From: a bacterium
GTDB taxonomy: Bacteria; Patescibacteriota; Patescibacteriia; JAACEG01; JAGUWE01
Reading direction: 5' to 3'
Assembly: GCA_043798995.1 (NCBI GenBank)
Contig: JAZDOD010000009.1
Coordinates: 80,015-135,117 of the forward strand
Length of the DNA: 55,103 nucleotides
The translations under genes and the position numbers were made by a program. Below, in pieces: positions 8,284 to 16,741 of this stretch. How positions within the stretch are numbered: the stretch's first letter is position 1; every line of letters begins with the position of its first letter. The notes under the pieces are model-generated. The model ran no database searches, was not told where the DNA came from, and worked only from the letters and a program-made list of their open reading frames with translations.

Positions 8284-9291
8284 TTATTTATCTTTTCTTG
8301 TGTCAATAATCGAGACATTGGAAAAAATTTCAGAGAGTTTATCCATTTGCTTTATTACCGAATCAGAGGTGGTATTTTTAATAATAAGTTCTACTTTATC
8401 GCCCTGAATTATTTTTTTGGTAAATTCTATATCTAATTTTAATGATAAACATCGTAGATCTTCGAGGGAACATTTAAAGCGCTCTTTAATTTTTTGTTCA
8501 ACTAAATTGCGTGACTCATAGTTTCCGAAATAAGCTTTAAAGACGGTGTCTTCATTAAGGGCTAATTCTTTCATAACCAAATGGGTGGCTGCTCGACACC
8601 AACCATAATAATCACCCTCCTCTTCTCTGCTGGGGATAACTGAATTATCGTTCACTGAAGTTTCTTCCCACATTACTGTTACTCCTTCATTAAACCATTT
8701 ATTTCCCACTGATATTATCCGTCCTTCTTTACTTTTTTCTAAACGAGTAAAACCAGTCGCTGATTCATGGGGCCTAGTGCTTAGCGTATGACCAACTTCG
8801 TGTGCCAGTAATTTATTAGGAGTATTAAGTTCTATATAAATAGCGTTAAGGTCTTGCGAATATGAATTAAGAGTGGGAGTAAATTTTGAAGGTTGTAAAC
8901 CATAGTGAAGAAAATTATCAGCGATGATTATCTTATAATCTCTGGCCTTGGTTAAATACTCCTTTTTTCTGGTGAGGGCGAAACAATCATCAGCTTGTTG
9001 TTTAAATAATAGCATTTTTTCAGCAGCGCTTCTCTGATAGTTTTCAATTATTTTTTGAGCATAAAGTTCTAACTCTTTGGCAAAAGGTTGACCGCCAGTT
9101 AAATTATATTTTTGGCGGTAGCGATTCTCAGAAATTGGATTTTCTCTAACTTTTTCTAAAATAATTTCAATAGCCTTTTGACTTAATTCTTCTAAACTTA
9201 AACCAGAAAAAGTTGAAATGTCTTGCATTTCAATATGTGGTTTGTACCCTTCTTTTATTTCCGGCATTTCAAATTGTTCATGATTTTTCAT
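8284..9291 (-). CDS. Hypothetical protein with HExxH zinc-metallopeptidase motif
   Basis: 335-aa ORF containing LLAHEVGHTL. I recognised no other motifs. Confidence 0.45.
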   Translation of the reverse strand: MKNHEQFEMPEIKEGYKPHIEMQDISTFSGLSLEELSQKAIEIILEKVRENPISENRYRQKYNLTGGQPFAKELELYAQKIIENYQRSAAEKMLLFKQQADDCFALTRKKEYLTKARDYKIIIADNFLHYGLQPSKFTPTLNSYSQDLNAIYIELNTPNKLLAHEVGHTLSTRPHESATGFTRLEKSKEGRIISVGNKWFNEGVTVMWEETSVNDNSVIPSREEEGDYYGWCRAATHLVMKELALNEDTVFKAYFGNYESRNLVEQKIKERFKCSLEDLRCLSLKLDIEFTKKIIQGDKVELIIKNTTSDSVIKQMDKLSEIFSNVSIIDTRKDK

Positions 9292-9304
9292 GTTTGTATT
9301 ATAT

Positions 9305-9326
9305 CAAAAAACCGCCTCTTAGGCGA
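9305..9326 (-). terminator. Intrinsic terminator after the tRNA-Leu/tRNA-Met pair
   Basis: The - strand reads CGCCT-AAG-AGGCG followed by GTTTTTTGA, 38 nt past the tRNA-Met 3' end. Confidence 0.5.
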
Positions 9327-9363
9327 TTTTTTTTGAAGTTATAATAAGATAGAACTAAAAATG

Positions 9364-9436
9364 TGTCAGGGGCGGGGATTGAACCCGCGACCTTAGGTTT
9401 ATGAGTCCTATGCTCTACCAACTGAGCTACCCTGAC
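9364..9436 (-). tRNA. tRNA-Met (anticodon CAT; elongator or Ile2-type not distinguishable)
   Basis: The reverse complement folds as GTCAGGG-TA-GCTC-AGTTGGTA-GAGC-A-TAGGA-CTCATAA-ACCTA-AGGTC-GCGGG-TTCAATC-CCCGC-CCCTGAC-A. There is one A.A mismatch at 31:39. CCA is not encoded. Confidence 0.9.
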
Positions 9437-9474
9437 AAAAAAGTGGGCGGGTGAGATTTGATATTTTATTTTTG

Positions 9475-9558
9475 TGCCGCGGGAGAGAATCGAACTCTCA
9501 TGCTCTTGCGAACATACGATTTTGAGTCGTACGCGTCTGCCAATTCCGCCACCGCGGC
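9475..9558 (-). tRNA. tRNA-Leu (anticodon CAA)
   Basis: The reverse complement is GCCGCGG...TACGA-CTCAAAA-TCGTA, a long variable arm TGTTC-GCAA-GAGCA, GAGAG-TTCGATT-CTCTC, then CCGCGGC-A. Confidence 0.9.
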
Positions 9559-9638
9559 ATTTTTCTTAATCTTAAATAAAATTGGCTAAATTGTCAAAAG
9601 ACGAGTAATAAGGTATAATATTAGTAGTCAATTTTTTT

Positions 9639-9770
9639 GACATTTGACATTTGCCTGCCCGCCAATTGCCAATGAGTCACTCGGTGATTTTAACAGATAT
9701 TTTAATAAAAAGCTTGATAAAATTTGGAAGCTTTCTTAATTGGCTTTGGCAGGCGGGAGCTTTGAGATTT
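9639..9770. repeat. Family B element, long intergenic form (reverse orientation relative to the nagB copy)
   Basis: GACATTTGACATTTG-CCTGCCCGCCAATTGCC, then ~74 nt of AT-rich filling, then AATTGGCTTTGGCAGGCGGG-AGCTTTG. Both ends match the ends of the 42-nt form (15/17 and 16/17 nt). Confidence 0.8.
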
Positions 9771-9777
9771 TTAAATT

Positions 9778-10551
9778 ATGTCCCATATTATTTCAGTTGT
9801 TAATCAAAAAGGCGGAGTGGGCAAAACTACGACGGCGATTAATTTATCGGCTTATTTAGCCCATTCGGGCAAATCAGTGCTTTTAGTTGATGTTGATCCC
9901 CAAGCTAATGCCACCAGCGGCCTTGGCATTAATCATCGCACTTTGGAAAAAAGTATTTATCATGTTCTTTTAGGCCAGGCGTCCCCCAAGGAAGTGATAA
10001 TCAACGGTGATCTTAAGAATTATAAATTAATTCCAGCCACCCCGGCTTTAGCCGGCGCTAACATCGAATTAATTAATGATGCCGAACGGGAGTTTAGATT
10101 GCATCACCTTCTTCGCCAAATTAAACCCGAATTTGATTTTATTATTGTTGATTGTCCGCCCTCTTTGGATTTACTGACTATCAATGGCATTGTGGCCGCT
10201 GACAAAATTTTAATTCCGGTTCAGGCCGAGTATTATGCCTTAGAGGGTTTAGGGCAGTTGCTTGAAACGATTAATTTGGTTAAAGAAAATTTAAGGCCGG
10301 ATTTGGGTATTTTGGGAGCCGTGGTCACAATGTATGATAAAAGGAATTTGCTTTCAAAACAGGTTTTAGATGAATTATATAAATATTTTCCAGCTAAAAT
10401 TTTTCGCGTGGTTATTCCCCGCAATGTCCGTTTAACTGAAGCGCCGAGCCACGGCAAGACCATTTTGCATTATGATAAAAATTCAAAAGGCGCAAAATCT
10501 TATGAAAGATTAGCCAGAGAAATTTTAGAACATTTGTCAATTGGAAACTAA
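9778..10551 (+). CDS. parA: ParA/Soj chromosome-partitioning ATPase
   Basis: Deviant Walker A NQKGGVGKTTT; DVDPQANAT; IVDCPPSL. Confidence 0.9.
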   Translation: MSHIISVVNQKGGVGKTTTAINLSAYLAHSGKSVLLVDVDPQANATSGLGINHRTLEKSIYHVLLGQASPKEVIINGDLKNYKLIPATPALAGANIELINDAEREFRLHHLLRQIKPEFDFIIVDCPPSLDLLTINGIVAADKILIPVQAEYYALEGLGQLLETINLVKENLRPDLGILGAVVTMYDKRNLLSKQVLDELYKYFPAKIFRVVIPRNVRLTEAPSHGKTILHYDKNSKGAKSYERLAREILEHLSIGN

Positions 10552-10608
10552 TTATTTTCCGAGTAAAATTATTATTATTTTTTAAAATTTAATTAATTTT
10601 CTAAAATT

Positions 10609-11499
10609 ATGAAAAGTTTAGGTTTAGGTAGGGGATTGGGTTCATTGATTCCAAGAAGGGAGCCCGATCAAGCCAAAGTTCAAGAAGAAAAATTTAAAAT
10701 TACTGATGTTAGAAATTCTGAAGGAACAAGAATTTTAGAAGTGCCCATTAATATTATTAAAGCCAATCCGTGGCAACCGAGGCAGGGTTTAAATGACAGC
10801 GATGAAGATTTGGCTGAGTTAGTCCATTCAATTAAAGTTCATGGCATTCTCCAACCTTTGATTGTGACTGCCACCAGCGGCGGCAATTATGAACTAATTG
10901 CCGGCGAAAGAAGATTACGGGCTGCCAGATTAGCCGGTCTTAAATTAGCGCCGATTATTATCCGTAATGCCCAAAATCAGGAAAAAATAGAATTGTCGCT
11001 GATTGAAAATATCCAGCGAAAAGAATTAAATTCAATTGAGCAAGCCATTGCTTTTCGCCGGTTAGCTGATGAATTTGATTTGACCCATGAAGAAATCTCC
11101 AAAAAAATCGGCAAAAGCCGTTCGGTTGTTACCAATATGATACGGCTTTTAAGTTTGCCCGATAATATTCAACAAGCTTTGCTTGATGGCCGCATCACTT
11201 CGGCCCATGCCAAACTTTTGGTTACCTTAAAACCGGAAGAGCAAGAAAATTTGTTTAAAAAAATTCTCAAAGAAAAAATTACTACCGAACAGACCGAACG
11301 CGAAGTTAGGAAAATCTGGCAGAAAGAAGATATTACAAAACTCCGAAAAGATATTTTTCTGGAATCAAAAGAAGAGCGGTTGAGGGAATTTCTGGGCACT
11401 AAAGTTTCAATTAAAAAATCAGGCCAGCGCGGCCAGATTTTAATTGATTTTTATTCTGACGAAGAATTATCAGAAATAATTAATAAAATAGTTTCTTAA
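10609..11499 (+). CDS. parB: ParB/Spo0J partitioning protein
   Basis: GLGRGLGSLI N-terminus, ParB box LIAGERRLRAARLAG, and an HTH region. Confidence 0.9.
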   Translation: MKSLGLGRGLGSLIPRREPDQAKVQEEKFKITDVRNSEGTRILEVPINIIKANPWQPRQGLNDSDEDLAELVHSIKVHGILQPLIVTATSGGNYELIAGERRLRAARLAGLKLAPIIIRNAQNQEKIELSLIENIQRKELNSIEQAIAFRRLADEFDLTHEEISKKIGKSRSVVTNMIRLLSLPDNIQQALLDGRITSAHAKLLVTLKPEEQENLFKKILKEKITTEQTEREVRKIWQKEDITKLRKDIFLESKEERLREFLGTKVSIKKSGQRGQILIDFYSDEELSEIINKIVS

Positions 11500-11506
11500 T
11501 TATTTA

Positions 11507-11550
11507 CCACCACACCCCCAAAGCCCTACCATTTATGGCTGGGCGTGAGG
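11507..11550. repeat. Family C unit (CACACCC...AAAGCCC...CCAT-TT-ATGG...GGGCGTGAG) between the convergent parB and rel genes; likely also a bidirectional terminator
   Basis: AAAGCCCTACCATTTATGGCTGGGCGTGAGG aligns with AAAGCCCTGCCATTCATGATGGAGTGTGGGG at 20507-20540. Confidence 0.6.
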
Positions 11551-11552
11551 TT

Positions 11553-13016
11553 TTATCTTTTAATTTTAGTCAGCAATTTAGTTAAAAGCCCTTTACTTTT
11601 AGCAAAGTGTCTTATTCTTGAACGGGCTAAATTAGTTTTAGCAAATTTTAGCCAATCTAAATTCGGGCCCGGCCGATTTTTCTCGGTGATGATTTGAACA
11701 ACATCACCGCTTTTTAATTTAGCATCAAGAGGCATCATTTTGTCATTAACTATAGCCCCGGCACATTTATTGCCGATTTCGGTGTGGACATGATAGGCAA
11801 AATCAATCGGCGTGGCCTCTTTTGGCAAATCAATCACTTCGCCCTTGGGAGTGAAAACAAATATTCTGTCGTCCAAAATATCAAATTTGAAATTTTTAAT
11901 ATATTCATTAGTATCTTTGTATTGTTTTTGTAATTCCAAGATATCATTAATCCATTCACTTTTGGTTTTAAATTCAGCCAGATTAATTTCTTTATAGCGC
12001 CAGTGAGCCGCAATGCCATAAAGAGCTTCCTCATTCATTTCATGGGTTCTAATCTGAAATTCAGTTAATTTGCCCTCGGGACCAAAAACAGTCGTTTGGA
12101 GACTGCGATAGCCGTTTGGTTTAGGTACGGCGATGTAATCTTTAAAGCGATCTTTTTTTGGCCGCCAAAGATTGTGAATAATGCCCAGCATTTTATAACA
12201 ATCAGAAACACTCTCAACAATGATTCTTAAGGCGAAAACGTCATAAATTTCATTAAATTGTTTGCCTCTTTCTTGCATTTTGCGAAAAATTGAGTAAATG
12301 TGTTTGAAACGGCCATTAACTTCGCATTTAATGCTTTGTTTTTTAGCCTCGGTCAATATAATTTGTTTGATTTTTTCAATATATTGCTCACGTTCGTATT
12401 TCTGTTCAATTTCGTAATATTTTTTAATTTTATTATAATTTTCCGAATCAATGTAGCGGAAACACTCATCTTCCAGTTGCCAGCGCAGTCGCCACATACC
12501 TAAGAGTCCCGCGATTGGCGCGTAAATTTTTAAGGTTTCCTGGGCAATCCTTAATCTTTTCGGCGGCGGTAAAGCTTCCAAAGTCCAGAGATTGTGGAGC
12601 CGATCAGCAAATTTAATTAAAAAAACCCGGCTGTCGCTGGCAGCCGAGAGAAACATTTTTTTTAGGTTTTCAACATAACGATCCATGCCGCGGTATTGAA
12701 TTTTGCCTAATTTAGTGGTGCCTTGGACTAAATTAGAAACCTCTTTGCCAAAATTTTTTTCAATTTTCCCAAAAGGAGTGGTTGTATTTTCGGGGATATC
12801 ATGGAGCAGGCCGGCGACGATGGTGGGAATATCAGCTTTATTTTCCGCTAAAATTTTAGCCGTGGCCAAGGTATGATTAAAATACGGCTCGCCAGAAAAG
12901 CGGTTTTGTCCCTCGTGGGCTTTTTGGGCAAAATCATAAGCCAGCCGGACCAAATCCAAGTCAGCTTCCGGTTGGTTTTTTTTAATAATTTTAGCCAATT
13001 CCTTAAACGAAGACAT
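11553..13016 (-). CDS. rel: Bifunctional (p)ppGpp synthetase/hydrolase, short Rel/SpoT homologue (HD + synthetase + TGS, no ACT domain)
   Basis: HD region (HTLATA...LLHDIPE), synthetase motif YRSLQTTVFGPEG...EFQIRTHEM, and TGS IFVFTPKGEVIDLPKEATPIDFAY. Confidence 0.85.
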   Translation of the reverse strand: MSSFKELAKIIKKNQPEADLDLVRLAYDFAQKAHEGQNRFSGEPYFNHTLATAKILAENKADIPTIVAGLLHDIPENTTTPFGKIEKNFGKEVSNLVQGTTKLGKIQYRGMDRYVENLKKMFLSAASDSRVFLIKFADRLHNLWTLEALPPPKRLRIAQETLKIYAPIAGLLGMWRLRWQLEDECFRYIDSENYNKIKKYYEIEQKYEREQYIEKIKQIILTEAKKQSIKCEVNGRFKHIYSIFRKMQERGKQFNEIYDVFALRIIVESVSDCYKMLGIIHNLWRPKKDRFKDYIAVPKPNGYRSLQTTVFGPEGKLTEFQIRTHEMNEEALYGIAAHWRYKEINLAEFKTKSEWINDILELQKQYKDTNEYIKNFKFDILDDRIFVFTPKGEVIDLPKEATPIDFAYHVHTEIGNKCAGAIVNDKMMPLDAKLKSGDVVQIITEKNRPGPNLDWLKFAKTNLARSRIRHFAKSKGLLTKLLTKIKR

Positions 13017-13106
13017 ATTTTTGATAATTTTTTAATTTTTAATGGTTGTACCTAATATTATTACTCAAATCAAAAATCTTAGCAAGATTGACATTTTATA
13101 TAATAT

Positions 13107-13141
13107 AAAAAATAACGGGGCAATTGCCCCGTTATTTTATT
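13107..13141. terminator. Bidirectional intrinsic terminator (ends topA)
   Basis: Perfect 20-nt palindrome AACGGGGCAATTGCCCCGTT (13114-13133) flanked by an A-run and a T-run. Confidence 0.8.
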
Positions 13142-13144
13142 TGA

Positions 13145-15436
13145 CTATTTTTCTTCTTGTGGTTTTTGCCAGGAAACATAATCGCATTTGGGATAGTTTG
13201 AACAGCCGTAGAAGAAACGGCCGCGTTTGCTGCGCCGGCGGACTACTATTCCCTCCTGGCATTTGGGGCATTTGATTTCCTCGCCCTTTTCATCAGTAAT
13301 TTTAAAATTATTATTTAAATGTTTAGTATTTTTGCAATCGGGATAACCAGAGCAGGCCAAAAATTTGCCAAAACGGCCCGTTTTAACAACCATTGGCTGG
13401 CCGCACTTTTCGCAAATAACATTGGTTTCTTCATTATTTTCATTTTGAGATTTTTTCTCGCCATTTTCACCGGCCCTGGCTAAATCTTGGGTATATTTGC
13501 AGCGCGGAAAATCAGAGCAGGCCAAAAATTTGCCAAAACGGCTCATTCTGGTAACTAAAGGCGAGCCGCATTTGGGACATTTTTCCTCAGTCACCTCACC
13601 CAGGATTTTTTCTTTGGAAAGCGTCTTTTCTTTTTGGGTTAAATTTTTCTTAAAGGGCTCATAGAAATCAGCAATCACCGGCTGCCAGGCAGTTTCTCCC
13701 TGGGCAATTTTATCAAAGTCATCTTCCATTTTAGCCGTAAACTGGTAGTCAACTATTTGAGAAAAATGTTCAGTTAAAAGATCGGTCACTAAGAAAGCAA
13801 CCTCGGTTGGTTTTAAACGGCCGGTTTCTTTTAGGATATAACCGCGATCCTGAATGGTGCTGATAATCGGCGCGTAAGTTGAAGGCCGGCCAATGCCGTA
13901 ACTTTCCAATTTTTTAATGAGTCCCGCTTCTGAATAGCGAGCCGGTGGCTGGGTGAAATGCTGATTATTTTTTATCTCAAGAAGAAGCAAGTCGTCGCCC
14001 GCTTTAACTTGGGGTAGAATCGTTTCACTGGTGGCAGTTTGATAAATTTTTAAAAAGCCCTTAAATTTGATTATCTGGCCATTAGCCAGAAAAATGTAAG
14101 GCGTCTTTTGGGCCTCAATTTCCAAAGCGGTCTGATCAAAAAAAGCATCGGTCATCTGGGAGGCGACTGTCTTTTGCCAGATTAATTGATAGAGTTTAGC
14201 TTGGTTTTTATCTAAATAATTTTTGATTTTTTCCGGCTCCCGGAAAACACTGGTTGGCCTGATTGCTTCATGGGCTTCTTGGGCTAGTTTGGCTTTGGTT
14301 TTATAATATTTTTTGCCCCTGAAGTAGCCGGATTCAAAATTATTTTTAAGGTAACTCGCAACCTCGTCTAAAAATTTTTCTGCCAGATTCAGCGAGTCGG
14401 TTCGCATATAAGTAATTAAACCAACAGAGCCCTCCTCTCCTAATTCAATGCCTTCATAAAGTTGCTGGGCTAACCTCATTGTTTGTTTGGCCGAGAAACC
14501 AAAACGGCGGTTGGCTTCCTGCTGCAGAGTGGAGGTGATAAAAGGCGGCGGGCTTTTGCGGATAACTTCTTTTTTTCTGACATTTAAAACTTGATACGAA
14601 GCATTTTTTAAGTTTTTTAAAATTTCCTGGGACTGAGTCTCATTTTTTATTTCTAACTTATCAATTTTCTGACCGTTGATTTTATCAAGATGCGCGGAAA
14701 AAGATTCTCCGCTGGCTTTTTGGGTTTTGCCATCAAGCGGATCAAAAATAGCGTCAATGGTCCAATATTCATCTTTTTTAAAGGCCTGGATTTCTTTTTC
14801 TCTTTCAACGATTAATTTGACCGCCACCGATTGGACGCGGCCGGCTGAAAGTTTTTTGGTGACTTTACGCCAAAGAAAAGGCGAGAGTTCATAGCCGACT
14901 AAGCGGTCTAAAATGCGCCGGGCTTGCTGGGAATCAACTAAATTCAAATTAAGATCGCGCGGTTCTTTTAAGGCATTGTCAATCGCTTCTTTGGTAATTT
15001 CATGAAAAACAATACGTTCTACCTTACTTTTGACTTTTGCCTGCCCCGTAGCTCCGCCAGTTGGCGGATGCTTCGGGGACTTTTGCCTGCCCGCCAGTCG
15101 CCTTGGCTCCAGGCCTTGGCAGGCGGGACTTTTGACCTCATTCAAGCCCAAGGCTTGGGTGAGGTGCCAGGCAATAGCTTCGCCTTCGCGATCTTCATCG
15201 GTGGCTAGAATTATTTTATCGGCTGATTTCAGTTGAGCCTTTAAATCTTTGACAACTTTTTTAGCTTTGCCGGGGATAATATAATGAGGCGCAAAATTGT
15301 TTTCAATCTCAATACCCATTTTGTTTTTAGGCAAATCTCGGACATGGCCGTAGGAAGAAGCGACCTGATAATTTTTATCCAAAAATTTGGCAATAGTTTT
15401 GGCTTTGGTTGGCGATTCAACGATAACGAGATTCAT
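13145..15436 (-). CDS. topA: DNA topoisomerase I with C-terminal zinc ribbons (carries a 34-codon repeat-derived insertion)
   Basis: TOPRIM start MNLVIVESPTKAKTI and DEDREGEAIAWH. Several CPKCG/CEKCG zinc ribbons. The extra segment SPACQGLEPRRLAGRQKSPKHPPTGGATGQAKVK lies between ...GLNEVK and SKVERIVFHEITK. Confidence 0.9.
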   Translation of the reverse strand: MNLVIVESPTKAKTIAKFLDKNYQVASSYGHVRDLPKNKMGIEIENNFAPHYIIPGKAKKVVKDLKAQLKSADKIILATDEDREGEAIAWHLTQALGLNEVKSPACQGLEPRRLAGRQKSPKHPPTGGATGQAKVKSKVERIVFHEITKEAIDNALKEPRDLNLNLVDSQQARRILDRLVGYELSPFLWRKVTKKLSAGRVQSVAVKLIVEREKEIQAFKKDEYWTIDAIFDPLDGKTQKASGESFSAHLDKINGQKIDKLEIKNETQSQEILKNLKNASYQVLNVRKKEVIRKSPPPFITSTLQQEANRRFGFSAKQTMRLAQQLYEGIELGEEGSVGLITYMRTDSLNLAEKFLDEVASYLKNNFESGYFRGKKYYKTKAKLAQEAHEAIRPTSVFREPEKIKNYLDKNQAKLYQLIWQKTVASQMTDAFFDQTALEIEAQKTPYIFLANGQIIKFKGFLKIYQTATSETILPQVKAGDDLLLLEIKNNQHFTQPPARYSEAGLIKKLESYGIGRPSTYAPIISTIQDRGYILKETGRLKPTEVAFLVTDLLTEHFSQIVDYQFTAKMEDDFDKIAQGETAWQPVIADFYEPFKKNLTQKEKTLSKEKILGEVTEEKCPKCGSPLVTRMSRFGKFLACSDFPRCKYTQDLARAGENGEKKSQNENNEETNVICEKCGQPMVVKTGRFGKFLACSGYPDCKNTKHLNNNFKITDEKGEEIKCPKCQEGIVVRRRSKRGRFFYGCSNYPKCDYVSWQKPQEEK
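15026..15134 (-). repeat. Composite GC-rich insertion in topA: [ACTTTTG]x2 - 39-nt hairpin - [ACTTTTG] - 42-nt family B element - [ACTTTTG]
   Basis: 15040-15078 is CCTGCC-CCGTAGC-TCCGCCA-GT-TGGCGGA-TGCTT-CGGGG. 15086-15127 is the exact reverse complement of 5922-5963. The net added length is 102 nt (34 codons). Confidence 0.9.
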
Positions 15437-15459
15437 AATTTAGAATTTAAAATTTAAAA

Positions 15460-16551
15460 TTAACGGGCAAGAACATAATTCATTCCCCCTAAATTTCTGA
15501 CCAAACCCTTAAGTTCCATCAGCGCGAGGGTGGAATTAATTTGAGCTGGGGGTAGTTTACTAAGCTGAATAATTTTGTCAATATGGAGAGGATTTTTACT
15601 GAGCAGTTCAATAATATTTTTTTCTTCCTCGTTTTCAGCAATGATTTTTTGATTTTCTAAAAAGGCGGTTGCCTGTTTAAGATTTAAACTTTCCAGAATA
15701 TCAGAGGCAGAGGTTGTGGGTTTGGCCCCCAGTTTAATTAAATTATTAGCGCCCTGGGAATTTCGGCTGTAAATATTGCCGGGTACGGCAAAAACGTCAC
15801 GATTTTGCTCCAGAGCAAAATTGGCCGTAATTAAGGTGCCGCTTTTTTCTGGCGCTTCAATAACCAGCACCCCCAAAGAAAGTCCGGAAATCAGACGATT
15901 GCGGGCCGGAAAATGCTGCTTAAGTGGCATGGTGCCCGGCGGATATTCAGAAAGAAGAAGACCCCCCTTTTCAATTATTTTTTTAGCTAAAAAGCGGTTG
16001 CTGCTTGGATAAATATTTTGCTTATCAAGACCTGAACCTAAAACAGCAATGGTTTTGCCGCCTGCTTCCAGGGCGGTCTGGTGAGCTAAGGCATCAATGC
16101 CTAAAGCTAAGCCACTGACAATTGTTAGGCCATTTTGGACCAAGTCCCAGGTCATTTCTCTTGCCACCTGCTGGCCGTAACTGGTTGGTTTTCTGGTGCC
16201 GACCACGGCCAGAGAAAATTCATTGGCAACTTTTAAATCACCGGAGAAAAAAAGAAGAGGTGGCGGTTGATAAATTTCCCGAAGCAGTTTGGGGTAATCC
16301 GGCTCTAAAATAGTTATAATTTCCAAACCTTCTTTTTTAAGTTCCTCCCATTCCCTATTAGGATTAATTTCTTTTCGTTTAATCAAAAGATTTTCCAGAG
16401 CTTCCTGATCCAAACCGGCTTCTCTCAGTGCTCCGGCTTCAGCCTGCCAGGCGGTTTTTAAATCGGGAAAAGCTCGCAGTAATTTTTTTAATTTTTGCGG
16501 CCCGATTTTATTGATTTTGGCAAAAGTAAGCCAATATTTTTTATCATCCAT
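15460..16551 (-). CDS. dprA: DNA-processing protein DprA (Smf)
   Basis: VVGTRKPTSYG and GLALGIDALAHQ motifs plus a C-terminal wHTH. ATG 16551 is preferred over GTG 16569, which lies inside an inverted repeat. Confidence 0.85.
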   Translation of the reverse strand: MDDKKYWLTFAKINKIGPQKLKKLLRAFPDLKTAWQAEAGALREAGLDQEALENLLIKRKEINPNREWEELKKEGLEIITILEPDYPKLLREIYQPPPLLFFSGDLKVANEFSLAVVGTRKPTSYGQQVAREMTWDLVQNGLTIVSGLALGIDALAHQTALEAGGKTIAVLGSGLDKQNIYPSSNRFLAKKIIEKGGLLLSEYPPGTMPLKQHFPARNRLISGLSLGVLVIEAPEKSGTLITANFALEQNRDVFAVPGNIYSRNSQGANNLIKLGAKPTTSASDILESLNLKQATAFLENQKIIAENEEEKNIIELLSKNPLHIDKIIQLSKLPPAQINSTLALMELKGLVRNLGGMNYVLAR

Positions 16552-16561
16552 AAGCTCTTGA

Positions 16562-16706
16562 CCCCCCACCTATTCCAATGTAATACTTCTATAACTGAAC
16601 CTTTGATAGGCGAAGCCGCGCTCCGTCGCTAAAGCTTTGAAGCGTCGGCGACCTTACGGCTCTGTTCCTCGGCAAAAGAAAATAATTCTTTAGAATAGGT
16701 GGGGGG
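16562..16706. repeat. Perfect 14-bp inverted repeat (CCCCCCACCTATTC / GAATAGGTGGGGGG) bracketing 117 nt with a GC-rich core
   Basis: The arms are at 16562-16575 and 16693-16706. The core contains AGCCG...GTCGC...GCGAC...CGGCT nested stems. Confidence 0.8.
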
Positions 16707-16735
16707 TTGACAAATTTTGTTATTTATGCTAAGTT
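16707..16735 (+). promoter_or_regulatory. Sigma70-type promoter (TTGACA - 17 nt - TGcTAAGTT) with no downstream + strand CDS
   Basis: TTGACA at 16707-16712; extended -10 TGCTAAGTT at 16727-16735. Confidence 0.5.
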
Positions 16736-16741
16736 ACTTTG

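Noticed and set aside
13087-13102. TTGACA followed by TATAAT-like sequence as a + strand promoter.
   Set aside because: The spacer is only ~5 nt and no + strand gene follows. The sequence lies between the rel start and the topA terminator.
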